Shown one piece after another: positions 26,200 through 41,000 of a stretch of 64,000 bases of DNA. A program made the translations under genes and the position numbers. The stretch lies in IMG/VR virus record IMGVR_UViG_3300027744_000008; one strand, written 5' to 3'. The stretch comes from a virus (Duplodnaviria > Heunggongvirae > Uroviricota > Caudoviricetes). Below the pieces are notes generated by a model, which saw nothing but the letters and a program-made list of their open reading frames with translations, was not told where the DNA came from and did no database searches. Within the stretch, counting starts at the first letter, position 1; every line of letters starts with the position of its first letter.

Positions 26200-28370
26200 G
26201 ATGTGGCACCAGTATAAATGATATATGTAATTGTTAAGTATGGATTCATAATGTTGACAGCTGTTCCTAAACTTCCTGAAACAACTTCTACTCCTCCACT
26301 GTTCTTTAGTAGTCTTGCACCGTTGGCGGCACCGCCTAGGCCGTCAGTTAACTCAGTATTAGCATCAGTAAAGGTAGAATCACCGATAGCTCCGTACTGT
26401 CCTCCGGTTGTTCCTTTTAACGTATGTTTATGTTCTGGAAGATTGTTTACAGTCAGTGTTTTTGTAGATGATCCAGACCCAGATCCTATAGATCTAGCAG
26501 ATTCTTCAGCTACCCGTTCTGCTAGGCCGCCGCCGGCGTCAACTGTGATAGGTATTGGACTATCAACAGAATCCTGTGTAGTAATATCCGGTAACGTGGT
26601 ATTATCCATGTTATCTTTACCCAGTGGGAATCTTCCTCTTAAATCTGGCAGCTTAAATGTTCCAGCACCAATTAAACTACCAGCACCTTTATAAAGATCT
26701 CCTATTTTAGAATACAATAAATTATACGTGGCCTTTGACACCTCACTACCGTCACAGAAAAGATAACCGCTTGGTAAGGTTGCCCCGGCATACGGCATAA
26801 TTGCACCTACTGGCACTAGAGCTACCCCGTCAAAAAACTTTTCTTTTGTTGTTTTCTTTAAATCAGTAGTATTAGGACGGTAAACCAACATCTCGTCTGT
26901 GGCTAAAACGACAGTGCTAAGTGTAGTTGGGTCTTCTAATACTGCTTTATTAGTAATAAAATTAGAACTAATAGAAGTACTGAAGTTAACTGCTCCTCCA
27001 TCTGTTTGGCCGTTGAAGCTAAAACCAGTTGAGCTTACATCTCCTGATATTGTAAAATTAGTTGCACTGGTTAGTTTATTTGCTGCGCCAGCTATGGTGC
27101 TGCCGCCTAATGTTCCTGTGAAAGTTCCAATGACGTTACCATAAAAATAATCAGCATATACATTTCTAAATTTGATTGTTTCAGATCCAATATCATATTT
27201 ACTATTAGCTTCTATACTGCCAGGCATTAAGGCTGTGCCGACTATAGGAGCACCTTGAGCATCAATCCTATCCACATATAATATACCATTGATACGGGCG
27301 TTTGCACCAACTTTTAATGACTTATTGATAACTGCGCCACCAAGTGTGTTGATACTCCCCGATGACAACGTTGATGCATCTTGTGTGCCGGTGACTAATA
27401 ATCGGCTGTCTGTTCTGATATTTCCAGATACGTCTAATTGTTCAGTTGGATCAAGTTTATTAATACCAACATTAGCTGTTACACTGTTGATACGGACAGC
27501 TATTTGATCTCCCGTGTCAGTAGTTACTTTAAAATCTATACTGGATCCCGATGTTCTATTCCAAATTGTTGATCTTGCATCATCTACTTTTAACACAAAC
27601 GACAAATCGTTACCTATTTGTAAACCGTCGTTAGATCTAATACTGAATTTAACAGCACTGGGCGTTTCTTTATCGCTGCGTAAAAAATTAGCAGGATCAA
27701 CTGATGTAGTACCAACAACTAATGCGTTTGCCCTCTGTGCTGTACCCCAATATTTAATTGGTGAAGTAGTGCTATTTGCATCAGTCGACGATAAATTGAT
27801 ACCTTTGTTAATTTCCTTAAAACCTACTATTGTTGATTTAGGTATAAAAGTTGTGCTACTTACTATGGCAGTCCGTATGCCGCCAACCCAAAGAGTAATT
27901 ACAACATTAGTACTGTTCGTTAAATCAATTATTGATTCTATTTCAGGCCCGGTTTTGACACCTGCACTAAACTGGGGTCCCACTAAAATCCATGTAGAAC
28001 CATTCCAGAATTTTAATTGTTGGTTGGCAGTGTCGGACCAAAGGTCTCCGCTATTAGGATTTGTCGGCGCACTTGAGGATTTTTTAATACCACCAGTTGA
28101 TGACCAAGTAGTACTATCCCAGACCTTTAATTGATTCTCACCTGCAGAATTATCAAACCATAACTGCCCCTGTACAGGATTAGACGGGGCGGTATTATTA
28201 GCAAAATTCTCCATTAAGTGGAGAAAATTTTCAGCAATATACGATCCATAACCTGGAAAATTTTTCCCTACAAATGTTAACGCAGTTTGCTGATCAAGTG
28301 TTTGATCATCGACAGTAATTATTTGTTTTGCAGGGTTATTAGTTTCAGTAAATTTAACTTGATAACTCAT
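26196..28370 (-). CDS. Tail fibre protein with a phage tail-collar domain (paralog 1)
   Basis: N-terminal domain as above; PVGAIMPYAG..PSGYLFCDGS...FKLPDLRGRFPLG collar; LPEHKH and MNPYLTITYII. Confidence 0.8.
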   Translation of the reverse strand: MSYQVKFTETNNPAKQIITVDDQTLDQQTALTFVGKNFPGYGSYIAENFLHLMENFANNTAPSNPVQGQLWFDNSAGENQLKVWDSTTWSSTGGIKKSSSAPTNPNSGDLWSDTANQQLKFWNGSTWILVGPQFSAGVKTGPEIESIIDLTNSTNVVITLWVGGIRTAIVSSTTFIPKSTIVGFKEINKGINLSSTDANSTTSPIKYWGTAQRANALVVGTTSVDPANFLRSDKETPSAVKFSIRSNDGLQIGNDLSFVLKVDDARSTIWNRTSGSSIDFKVTTDTGDQIAVRINSVTANVGINKLDPTEQLDVSGNIRTDSRLLVTGTQDASTLSSGSINTLGGAVINKSLKVGANARINGILYVDRIDAQGAPIVGTALMPGSIEANSKYDIGSETIKFRNVYADYFYGNVIGTFTGTLGGSTIAGAANKLTSATNFTISGDVSSTGFSFNGQTDGGAVNFSTSISSNFITNKAVLEDPTTLSTVVLATDEMLVYRPNTTDLKKTTKEKFFDGVALVPVGAIMPYAGATLPSGYLFCDGSEVSKATYNLLYSKIGDLYKGAGSLIGAGTFKLPDLRGRFPLGKDNMDNTTLPDITTQDSVDSPIPITVDAGGGLAERVAEESARSIGSGSGSSTKTLTVNNLPEHKHTLKGTTGGQYGAIGDSTFTDANTELTDGLGGAANGARLLKNSGGVEVVSGSLGTAVNIMNPYLTITYIIYTGATS

Positions 28371-28371
28371 A

Positions 28372-28980
28372 TTATACTCCTGCCAAACCAGTTAGTGTTT
28401 GAATACGTACAGTATAATCAATTTGTATTAGTCTGTTTAAACTTTTTTGTACAGGATGAAATATCACGTGTGTTAGTAGCAAACTTTGTCCAGTTGAATT
28501 ATATGAACGTAATCCTAATTCATCAAATACATACTCAGACTCATTATTAGTAGTGTTATCAAATGCTTGTTGATCACTGGGCTCGCCATAGTCTAATAAA
28601 CAAGTTACAAAAATATCTGTGTAATTTGTTCCTGTTACGTGTCTAGATTCAACAAAATTCCTAGTAGGATCAACGTTGGTGCTAGATCTATCATCAACTA
28701 CTTTGTAATAAGTTCTATTATATAAACTAGAATTAGTACCAGTAGTATTTGAACTTAGATATGTAATGATGCCCGTGGGGTCTACCGCAGTTCCTCCATT
28801 ACCAAAGTCCATTTGATATATGAATCCTTGTCCAGAATTAGAAAGACTATCTGCTAGGGCAACACTCATATTTTCGTAATGTATAGCATTACGTTTATTA
28901 ACAAAAATTTCATCAGTAGACGGATCCCATATTTTAATATGACCTGCTACATGAACTCCGGAAAAATCCTTATTTTGCAT
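28372..28980 (-). CDS. Baseplate/fibre-attachment structural protein
   Basis: 202 aa; FDELGL...LLTHVIFHPVQKSLNR..IDYT resembles fibre-collar/baseplate N-terminal domains; late-promoter motif upstream. Confidence 0.55.
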   Translation of the reverse strand: MQNKDFSGVHVAGHIKIWDPSTDEIFVNKRNAIHYENMSVALADSLSNSGQGFIYQMDFGNGGTAVDPTGIITYLSSNTTGTNSSLYNRTYYKVVDDRSSTNVDPTRNFVESRHVTGTNYTDIFVTCLLDYGEPSDQQAFDNTTNNESEYVFDELGLRSYNSTGQSLLLTHVIFHPVQKSLNRLIQIDYTVRIQTLTGLAGV

Positions 28981-29001
28981 TTTAAAACTCTCTTTATATT
29001 G

Positions 29002-29009
29002 TATTTATC
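29002..29009 (-). promoter_or_regulatory. Late promoter motif GATAAATA
   Basis: TATTTATC on the + strand, about 20 nt upstream of ATG 28980. Confidence 0.6.
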
Positions 29010-29026
29010 TATCCAGTTATCTGGTA

Positions 29027-32000
29027 TTATTTGTCTCGTATAAATTTAGCAATAGGATTGTTAGAGTGTGCTAGAGATGCACCCAAATCTGCCCATACTG
29101 CGCCTGTTCGCTTGACTAGTGTAATTTTTGTTCCTTCAGTTAGTCTATTTGTTAGACGCACTGCGCTATTTTCACCATCTACAGAGAATTCAGCTTCAAA
29201 TTGAACATCTCCCTCAGGGCTTTCGTAATGATTTTTTACGTTATGAACTTTATAAGGAACTTTACTTAATCTAATATTTCCTGTAAAATATTCCCAATTG
29301 TCGATATCATCAATAAATGACTCACTGCTAGTGTGTGCTGTAATACAGCTATAATTATAGCTGCCTACAACTACTATATCTCCAATATTGTAACTTAGAC
29401 TAGAAATCCATTCCCCTTGTACGTCATAGCCGCCGACAAACATTTCAATATCGTTTGATTGTCCGTAGGTTCTAGGAACACTTTGATATGTAACAAGATC
29501 CAGTGTACCGGTTCCAGTAGTACCTTTTATCCATTGTGCAGTGCCGTTGGCTTGGCCTGGGCCAGTTGCAGTAAATATTGTTCCTACTTCTGGTTGGCCA
29601 GTTATAGTAGTAGAGACAACTGTTTGGCCAAAGTTAACTGTATATGTACCTTCACCACCGTCACCAGTGTTAAATGCTGTAATATAAGTACCTAAAACTA
29701 TATCGTCACCAGTAATATAAGTCCCCACTGCTAGTTCTCCAGAGGTAACATCAGTAACAGTTAGTGTATTACTTGTAATTGATCCAGTTACTACAGTGGT
29801 GCTGGCTGCACCGATGTCTACCCAGTTAGTTCGACCTATTTTAAAAATTTTATATTGATTACCAACTACAAAACTTCCAGCTGTCACATTGCCAATTCCT
29901 GCACGGAATTTAACACCTACTTGATTTGCAGATGCGCCAGCTGTCCTAAAATCACTTGTTCCAAGTTTAGTAATTACATAATAATTATCGATTTCAACAT
30001 CTTGAGCAGTTGTAGGAACTAATATAGTTTTTCTGTACCAGCTGTTGTTTAGATCAACACTGCTTGTATCTAAGGTTGGTGTAACCTTAAATGAATACTC
30101 TAGATCAGATCCTATTTTTGTCCACTTAATTGATTCAAATGTATTTGCACTGGTATGTGCAACAAGACATTCGTATCTATAACCGTTATATGAAACAATG
30201 TCACCTAATGTGTAATTTAAAGATGACTTCCAGGTTGATAAAGTAGTATGTTGCTCAATGTAGGTATTATCTCTGTAAGGAATAGTTTCAGTTTTACCAA
30301 TGTCTTGCACAAGAGTACCTGCTTCATAGACTGTACGGATGCCTGTTCCCAGTGTACCACGACGTATTTGACTCAACACATTTTTTTCTCGTTTGTAATA
30401 CTCGATACGTTCGCCAAAAATTTCGATAATGCCGGGTAATCTTTTAGCAGGATTTGGATTAGATAATACTGATCCTCTAGCTACCGTTATAGTCATGTCA
30501 TTCCAGTTTAAATCTTCTGCTAACTTAGTTTGTCGGGCTTCAGACAATCTCTTATAGTGTACACGATTTAATATGTCTTTGAACTGCATAAAGGCAAAAC
30601 TGTCAACAACAATATTATTGCTAAATGTCATTATTGCAAATTTATCATCAGTTGCTGGTTGTTGATCAAGATAAACAGATGTTAGATCTAAGTTTAGTTT
30701 ATAGTCTATGTTTGGTTGCAATATTTTACCATTTTTAGTTAACCAAACATAACTACTATCGATTACTGGACGAGGCAGTTTAATATTTTTGCCATACACA
30801 CTTAGATAATCAAACACTTCTAACGATGCTGGATCAAATGATATATTTGAACTAACTGTTCTTGATGTTTGTTTAATGTCTAAAATATCGTGCTTATAAA
30901 AACTGATTACACTAATAGTCTGGCCAGCATCTGGAGTCAAGTCAAAAAGTATAGTTGTTCCATCACAACTGTAACTATTTTCATAGATTACACTAACTGT
31001 TAACTGTTTTCCTACATTAGCAACACGTACAGATTTCTTTAGTGTAACTGACACACCAGCTGGATTGATAGAATAATCAGTTAACTTATCTAATTCAACT
31101 CCATCAATGTAGGCAGATATTCTAAGAACTGTTACACTATATGGTTGTACTTTTGCTTTTGGTATTGTATAAGTTACCTTAGTATCAATAGTAAAATATT
31201 CGTTAATTGGCGGTAGATATATTGTGCCAACATCAGATAACACCAGTATATTTGATGCTAGGGGCGCACTAACTCCTACTTTACTAACTAATTGATAAGA
31301 TTGAGAAATACCATCAGTTTCAAATGTTTCATTTTGCATAACACTGTATGACTGCTCACTTGATGATGTTATAACATAATTTAAAATTGCGCCAGCATCT
31401 AAGTTTAATCCAAATCTAATACCTACAACATTAGCAGATTCGTAGCTACTGCTAGTTTTAAATAGAACATAATCTAACACTTCACCGTTCACATAGACTA
31501 AAGAGGTTAGTGTACTTGACCAAGGTGCTTTAGTGATAAATTCGCTTGTTAGTCCATCAGCTACAAAAGAATCTAAGTCTAATAAGTTAGAGCCATTAAA
31601 TCCTGCACTGATAATGCTGATAGTTTCGCCACCAGTAATTCCAATAATATCAGTATTTAGAACAACTGTTTTATTAGAGTAGTCAACTGTGTAATCATCA
31701 TTAGACGTCAAAATTCTATCAGATGATGATATTTTTACAATTACTGCATCTGGAGAATTTGGTGTTTGACCTATGTTGTAGACAGTTCTTGCTCCGTCAT
31801 AGATGTAATTTTTTACCAACATTTTTGCAGAACCGTCTGTAGGACGAGTATAAACTTTGACTGCTAGAGCATCTGACACCTGCCCCGGTATAAACTCTTC
31901 TGGACCTTCGCTGTTTGTTTGAGAAATAAGATCATCACCGTCAATAATGATATCGTCGGCAGCAATACCAGTAGCAGTATTATAGGTTAAATCTCCACCA

Positions 32001-35000
32001 GCTAACTCTGTATCATAGTCCATATCTTGAGGCCTAACTGATCCATCACTATTTGTTCTTCTAAATATAAAGCTATCACCAGAGGTTACAGTTAAAGTAT
32101 TTGGAATACCAATAGACTTAGCAACTCCGTCACCTTCAAAAGTAGGCATGATTACATCGGGTTTTGTAAAAATAATTTGTCCCACATATTGCTCATCGTC
32201 AATTCTTACGTAACGAATATTGTTCACTGCTCTATAATATATGTTTATCAACTCTGCTTGTTCAGGTACGTAAGGCAGGTCAACTGGGTATGTTTTATTT
32301 TTAACAGTCATTGAGTCAATGTCATTAGATACTGTTAATAATGCACCATTAATTGTACTACTAACTGTTATGGACGGTATTGCTGTAAATGTACCTGCCG
32401 GAAGGATTACGGTGTTTGCCGAAAGCCCAGAACTAGTATAAGTAAATTCATCGCTGTCTGTTATTGTTACAATTATTCCGTTTTCTGTATATTCACTGTA
32501 ATTAGCACCAGCATTTAAATTAATTTTGTTACCAGTTACCAGTCCATGAGAACTTTGGGTTTTCACATACACTGTTGGAACTGCGGCTGAAACAAATCCC
32601 GAAGGTTCAATAATAGTCGGGTCTGATCCAAAAATTCCTGGGTTAGTTGGATATGCTAGACAAACGGTTGACAGTGTTCTAACTGTAGCAACAAATTCCC
32701 CGTTATAATCTTCATTGTCATTGCCACTGACTGTAAATTTATATCCTTGCGCCAACGGAACTCCTAAGACTGCAAAAGAGAATGTTGCAACTGCTGTTGC
32801 ATTTATTGTTTGGCTAGTCACAGCCTGTTGTTGATTTACAGTATAGGTTCCTAGTCCACCTGCGCCAGTTCCTAAAGAAAGAATATATGTACCTTCTAAA
32901 ACGCTGCCGCCGGTAATTAATTGTCCCACAGAAAGTGTTCCAGAAGTAACGCCAGTTACCGTTAAAACATATCCCGGATTAGTTGTTGCTCCATCATTAA
33001 TTGTGCCTACAACTTCAGCTGGCCCGACTGGAGAAGTTGCTAGTGTAACCGTGACAGTTGGCGAGGTTGATACCGTTAACGGAACTTCATCACCCGGATT
33101 TATATATGTAAATTCATAGTCATTTCTAACTGCATAAATTTCAATCCCAACTTGATTAAAGTCTGGAAGGTCAATACCTTCAATATTAATTATTTGACTA
33201 GAAGCTAATCCGTGTGGAATATCAGTTGTTATCACACTAATACCTTCAAGACTTAATCTTCTAAAAGAAGTAATCTTACTAGTACCAACTCGTTTTATAG
33301 AGTATATTGAGACAGGACTTTTAGGCGCAACCGATGCACAATAATAAACACTGTCAGTGGCAATGCCGCCGATCGAATTACCAGTAAATTCAAGTAATCG
33401 ACCTGTTTCAATATTAGTTGTAGAACTTACTTCAATAATATTTCCATAGCTGTATGTTCGAATAGCCGTAGTATTGATCTGTTTACTGTTAGCTCCCACT
33501 GTGACAATGTAGTCATCAAAGTTAGGATCTTGAGAATCCCACCCGTCTGAGAACCAAGGAGTACTTCCCCAACCTTGGGCAATGTTAAATCCAATTCCAG
33601 TAATTTGCACTCCGCCGTAGTCGACGCCGCGCATTAGTTGTCCTAACTGTTTTCCAAATTCATTAGTTCCTGGTTTGTAGTACCAATTGATTCTGTCAGC
33701 TGCTGACAAATAATTAAAATCTTTTAGATATGTAATCTTAATAACAGACCCCTTGGCCGGTGCTGTCAAGAAGGTTAGTAATCCATAGTAACTTGTATAT
33801 CCTCTAGTTGTGGTCTTTTTGCTGGACAGTATATAAGAGTTTCTAAGAGCAGAAACTTCGTCAATTAGTACTTCCGAGTCGACTAGGTTAATACTTGGAC
33901 TCCATCTTAGGATAAATTGAGTTTTACTTCCGGTTCCAACAAATGCAGAATCTGTGTCGCCTGATTCAATTTCTTGTAGTTCAGTTATATAATATTGGCT
34001 AGTAATTCTGTCAAATTTAATTCTTGTATAGTTTGATCTCACAAGACTGTTGCCAATCCTAGCACTTGCACTTGCACTTACTCCATTTGAATCAAGACCA
34101 CCTTCAAATGACACTGACGGAACTGTTAGATAACCGCTACCTTTCTTAATTAAAGATATCCTTGCAACTTTTCCGTTAGTTAAGTAGGCTCGAGCAGTGG
34201 CTCCGGATCCGCTGTCACTTTGTATAATAACCACAGGAGTGCTTATATACCCAGAGCCTCCATCATTAATAATAATTTCTGTAATTTGAAATCCTATATT
34301 ATCAGTCCAGTTCTTCCAAGGATATTCGTTAATAAATGCAGAATCACTGATTATTTCATTATCTATTACCGTTGCTGGAACTGTGGTAAATCTACCATTT
34401 TCATAGATCGGAGGTAAATCAAAATCAGTTACAACTGATCGAGCAACATCTGTTTTAGAATATGAGCTAACAAATTCTCTAATTTTTGTTCTGTAAGGTT
34501 TAACTTCAGAAATGTAAGATTCAAAATCAGTTAAATTGTCATTATTATAGGTAACTGTTTCTTTTAACTCGCCTACGTTATGTTGCGCTTTAATAAAACT
34601 TGTTTTAAATGCCCAGTCAACATACAGTTGTTCATAATGAACATATCGTAAGCAAGCAAAAAATGTATTGAGATACTCTTGTTTTAAATCGTCAGTTAGA
34701 ATATTATTTTTAATTGATTCTAAAATAATTCTTAATTCAGTCTCTGCTGAATTATCATAACCAGTACCATCATAAGAGGGACCATCATAACCAATACCAG
34801 TATTTCTAAAACTGTAAAGTGTATTTAAAAACTGTATAGTCCCCTTTTCTCTACCAACTACTTTATAAGATCGAGTATAGTCTGATGAAGTACTGGTTGC
34901 ATATTTTTCTAATAATAACCAACCACTAGTACCTACGTTTTTAATTTTAACCAGTTGCCCAATTTCTACAGTCACTTGATTAAGTTCATAGATAGAATTT

Positions 35001-38000
35001 AAAGAAAAGTTTGCAGGAGTAAATTGACTGTATCCATTATTATAAAAATCTACATAATCCCAAAATTTTCTAACATCATACCCTTGACTCTTTACTCGTG
35101 TCCAAGTAAGAGAGTCCGGGTCATAAGAATAAATGCTCCATCTTTCAAGGGCCTGCGAATCAAAATGTACAAGTGCAGAAAATGGTCTTAAAGTTAAAAC
35201 AGTATCATCTGTATAACCTTCACCAGAATTTTCTACAATAACTCCACTGATTCCGCCGCTGACATTTAACACTGTTTTAATTTTAGCATCAATTCCAGTT
35301 CCAGAAATTTCTAGATATGGAGCATAGACGTATCCCGATCCAGGATTATTAATAATGATTTCTGTTATCCTACCATCAATAATTATAGGAGTTAAAGAAG
35401 GATATCTAACAGCGGTTACCCCAATGGTTCTTAATTCTATGTCGTAATCTACAACTACATCGTACTGTCCAAGAATTTTATTTGGTTCTAATTCGTAGCT
35501 ATCCAACGCGGTAATATCTTTTTCTTCAACAATAATATGTTGTAGCATTGTTGCGTTTACACGCTCAAAGTATTGTTTTAGTGCTTCAAATCTGTTAACA
35601 AACATGCTCTGGCGGGGTCGATTTTCAATGCCGTAACGTAATTTAGGGGGTAGCTCAACGTCTGGAACTCGTCTACCATTAGCGTCTTTTCCGCAGAGAC
35701 TGTCTATCCATTTAGTTTCAATAGATGTTGGTATGTTAGTGTTAATACTATTGCTGATCAATTTCCATTGATCATGACTATTAATTGTATAATCATCAAC
35801 TACCCAATACTCGACATATAAGTTAATATCAGTGTGTTCTAATAAATTTTCTACATTGACTAAACTAAAGGTATTTGTTCCAGTAAATGCAACATACTTG
35901 TAACCGTATCCTTTAGGATCAGCTATAAGATTAGACACATCTTTTGCAGATAACTTTCGTCCTTTGACTTCCGGAATAAGAACTTTATTTTTTACCCAGA
36001 AGTAATAAGTGTTTCTAAAACTCTTGGAAACATTATCATATGTACGTTTAATACTATATGCAGAATTTCCATATAAACTAGTACCGCTAATACTAGCAGT
36101 GAATCCCTCTTCAGTATCAGCAATAGCATCCCAATCGTCAGGAAGAAGACTTGACGCTACCCATTCGTAGATATCGATACTGGCTGTCTCGTAGAGTGTA
36201 TTCCAGGTAGAGTTTCTATAAACACTGTCACCATTATAACTGTCTAAAAACTTAGCTCTTGTCAAGTTCCACCATAACGTACCAACATTAGCCGTAGTCC
36301 AGGCTTGTCCGTCATCGATGTTTAGTGTTTCAGTTCCAACAGTGTAGATTGCTGGATCATAATATGTTTTAAATTTAATTTCTTGTTCGGCTATGCCTGC
36401 AATTTTTCCTTGTATTGGATCAATTACATCAAGATAAGAAATTAATTTCTGTGTCTTTTTATTGTACAAGAAAATTTGTTTAATTTTACGTAAGTCAATT
36501 TTGTCAGTTTCTGTCCGTGTAGCAGTCCAAGAATAAACATTTGGTACCTTGTTGTAAGAATAAATCTTACCTGAAGTAGTATATGTGGCATCAGTTGCGT
36601 TAGATGCACTAGCAATAATATAATTGTTTGCAGCTACTAATTCAATACCGTAATCATCATTATTAACATTAGTAGTTGTTAAACTTTCAGCAAACACCCA
36701 TTTAGTAGAATATCTATCATAGACGTCAATCCTTCCAGAGTCAGTGACAGTTGAACCATTTTGTATAGTATCACCGTTGGCACTAGAAATTACAAGAGTT
36801 TCATCATTGTTCATGAAGGCAACTTTTGCGCCATATCCTTCAGATCCTTCTGGTAGTCTACTTGTTATAGTTTGATATACGGTATAAGAATCGTTAACCA
36901 GTTTATAGATAGTAACACTTCCTTGATTAGTGCTAGTAGTTTTATTTCCTACAGCAATATATGTTCCGTCGTTTGACACAGTAACGCTATAATCTGCAGA
37001 GGTTGCTAATGATATATCATCAATTAATGTATCATCTGCTGAGTATACAAATATTTTTCCAGTGCCGTTACCGTAGGCTGTGACTGCAATAGTTGATCCA
37101 TCTTTAGATGTAGCAACTGTATTTCCAAAATAATCCGCGGCTGCTGCGGATGACCCGAATGAAACGCCCACAGCAGTCCATTGCAGGATATCATTCTCAA
37201 CAGTATAGTTAAACTCGTAAAGTCTGCCAGCAGCATTGTTTAACTCGGCAGCAACAATTAGTTTATTATCATCTGCAAATTTTACAGTTGATCCAAACTT
37301 TTCGTCGGCAGCTACATTAGGTGATAAGATAACTCTGTATAATGAATATTCATTAGCGATGTTAAGTTTATATAAACAAACTATACCTTGATTATCAAGT
37401 CCACTAGTTTTAGCAACATATTTTAAACAATTATTCCCATGCATTTTATATTCAGTATTATCATAACCAGTAATCAACTCGTGTGATGGGATATGGCCTG
37501 CATCAGAAAATTCACTGTTAACAACCACTGTCATTTTACCAGTGTCGTCTGTCATAGCATATGAACCACCGGGCACAGTAGGAATACCAAAAGTATTCCC
37601 ACCTAAGGTTTCACTAATTGTAATTATTGTGGCACTATAAATGGATTTAATATAATAAGTAGTTGTTGGATCTATTCCACCAAACGAAGATCCAAAAAAT
37701 CGTAATCTCATTCCTACAACCATACCGTTAGTTGTACCAACCGTAATGTATCCTTTATCAATACCGGAAACTTGAGGTGTAGTTGCAGTGGCCACTGTGG
37801 TAAGATTTCCAATGGTGGCAGTTAAAGTAGCAGAAGGTACATCATATTCAGTCCATTCTGCTAAAATAAAATCGCCCTCAGTTGAAGAATTAACTGTGCA
37901 TTTATACAGTACATGGTCATATAAAACTATGTTATTGAGAACATAGGTTTCATTAGTTTGATAGATTCCTTGATATTCGATATCAAATTGAGCAGTTGTT

Positions 38001-41000
38001 AAAGTTAAAGCTGCACCAACACTGTCTTCTACATCAGGATCATTTATATCAGCTGTGGCACTAATAGTAATTTTATATTCGTTAACTAGAGTCTTTACAT
38101 AATACGGACCTACACTTGATACTAAATTGCCAAATGCAGTGCCATTGAGTACTACCGGCATACCTATATGGATGCCGTCTGTGCTAGTAAGAGTTATTTG
38201 ATTTGTGCCGCTGACCGTAGACACCACTGTGGCTGTAACGTGCGGTACTGCTTGATAATAATTTATAACATTACCACCTTGTGGTACTCTAACATATAAA
38301 TTATCGGCGATTGCAGCACCTGTGGCATTAGAGTTAGGATCTGAGTCAAACGATAATGAAGATCTAACTATAGTATATTCAGCTTTGTTTTCACCGTCTT
38401 TTGATAGTATATTTCCCGACTCGGGAGATCCAATGGCTAACCAATTTTTATCATTAGATATTGAGATACTATGTCCAAAGGATCCTAGAGGGGTATCGTG
38501 CCAAAACGCATTAGGTGGATCATATGCTGACACATAATTAAATGTTAAATTAATATTTTGATTTCTTGTCCAAGAGGAACTATAGCCAGCACGATTATAA
38601 ATTACAACACTATTTTTAGCGGTAGATACTGCAAGTGTAGATGCCGCTGGGTCAATAGCTAGAACCTTGCCGAATTCTAACCCGTTAGCAGAATCTTTAT
38701 TTTGTATGTTACTAGCTGCTGAATAAACTAGATCGTACTCATAAACAGCCCATTTGCCTTGTCCATTATTGTCAACCCACAGTAGTTCGTTATCTTTAAT
38801 CTTTTTAGGAATTTCTACATTTATATCATCGATGTTGTCTATCTTTTGACTGTCAAAGTAATATACTTTAATCTTATCATCATAGACTATCACTGTTGGA
38901 AAGTCAGCAATCGTTGCTGTTACATTAATGATGTCGCCAACAATACTATCAATTTTGTAAAATCCTTGTACGTCGGTTATACCAGTTAAACCTAGATAAT
39001 CACCTTCTTCTAAATAATTTACTGAATCTACTGTTATCGATAAAGTAGTATCTGTATACTCTAATAGAGAAACACTACTTTCTGTATCAGTGATCCTATA
39101 GATATTCCAATAGACTGATGGATTTTCAAAAGCTGTCCACACATAATCACCTGGAGAAAACTCAGTGACATCGTATGTTAACAGGTCAGCTAGAGTATCC
39201 ACATTGGCTGCAACTTCGTCTATTCTAATATAACCGGGAGTTCTTAGATAAGGACTGTAATTATTATTAATTGGCCACGGATTTGAATTGTAGCTCATTG
39301 GTTTTAAGTAGACGTCGTTAGGCGTTTGTCTAATTACAAAGTCAACTAGGTTAGAGTCTATGTTATTAACTAGCTCAAACGCCTGCGGTTTGTTTTTAAA
39401 TAGGCTTTCGTCTAATTCAAACTCAATTTGTTCAAACGTATCAATAGCACCATACTGTCCTACACGAACAGCCCATTCTTCAAAGAACGTGAGACTTTCT
39501 TGATTATCAGCACTTAGTACATCAAATAATTTATTAAGAACATTCTGAGTACCTTTTTCAATAATCATCCCTTGATAAAACTTATACTCACTAATATCGT
39601 CTTTAATAATATTTTCAAGATACTGACGTTTCTGATAACCTATCAAATGTTGTGCAATTTTTTGTTGTCCTACATCAAAGTTATCACTGTCTAAACTATA
39701 AAAATCAGTAAATTGTTCTGCTTTATATGACCAGTTAGGCAGTAATCTAGATGTAGGTTTTTTAGATAATTTAACCCAGTCTTCACTTACAAAATCACTT
39801 GTTCCAATCAATTTGCTAGTTGCGCTGTAGTAAAACTCTTTATACTTAACAGTATCACCTATATTATAGGCTATCCAAGATTCCCAATCTTTTATCACTG
39901 CTTGATCATAGATGAAGCCGGGAATATTAAATCCGCCATTCCATCCAGTTGATACATAACTTAGTACTTTTATTTTTTCTTGTCTGTAACCTGTACGTGG
40001 ATCATACAACGTGTCATTAAATAATGTTGAATTATCTAATAATATCACATGTTCTTTTTGCACAAAATAAAATGTTGCTCCGTATATCCCATCGCCGGTT
40101 GTAGTATAAGATGATTGGTTATCATCTCTATAAGAATTTAAAAAATCTTCATCTAATTTAGTGCCGTCTACTTTAAAAAATTCATATACATTAAATTGAT
40201 CTTTAATATCATCAATAACTGATAATTTAGAATTAATAATTATAGTGTTAGCCGATGGGCTTAATGCTAGAACACTTGCACCAACTGTTGATAATCCGTC
40301 TAGTTTAGTCCAATTATTTTCTAAAAATAAATCGCTAGCATCTATGGCCACCTCTGCCTTGTAATAATCGCCATCAAACTTTACAATCTCCCCTGCTTGA
40401 TAACTATCGGTTGGTAACCAATCTTCCCATTTTTCTACGCCGCTTGACCAATTCTGAGTGGTCCAGAATAAAAATTCTTTAGCACTAGTTACCCAATTAC
40501 AAATTTCTCCTATGTTTGCATTAAATTCATCAAATACAAAACCTTGATCTTTTAGATATTCTCCGTACCCTACTAAAAAATCTACAACTTCTTGTATTGT
40601 TCTAAATTTAGTACTGTATGCAGCCGTGATAGGAGTGGTCCGATCCCATGCAGTTCTAATAAGGACTGTTTTGCCGCCGTTAATAGGAAGTGAGGGTAAT
40701 GAGCTATAATTTAAAGGATTAAATGTATCATTTGAAGTATGTGTTAATGATGCCCTATAATAAGTAGTGCCATACTTAACTATTTTTCCGCTGGAGTACA
40801 ATTGATTAGGTGCCCATTCAGTAAAAGATTCACTGATGCCGCCTACGTTTATGCTATATCCGGGCGAGGTCCATCCATAATAGTAGAAGTAGGGACTAGA
40901 TTTGCTATACCCTTTTACTTCAAATCCAGTTGATAATTTTGTTATAATTACACCACTGTAAACTAACTTCTTTATAGGACTAGAAGAATTTAAAAATACT

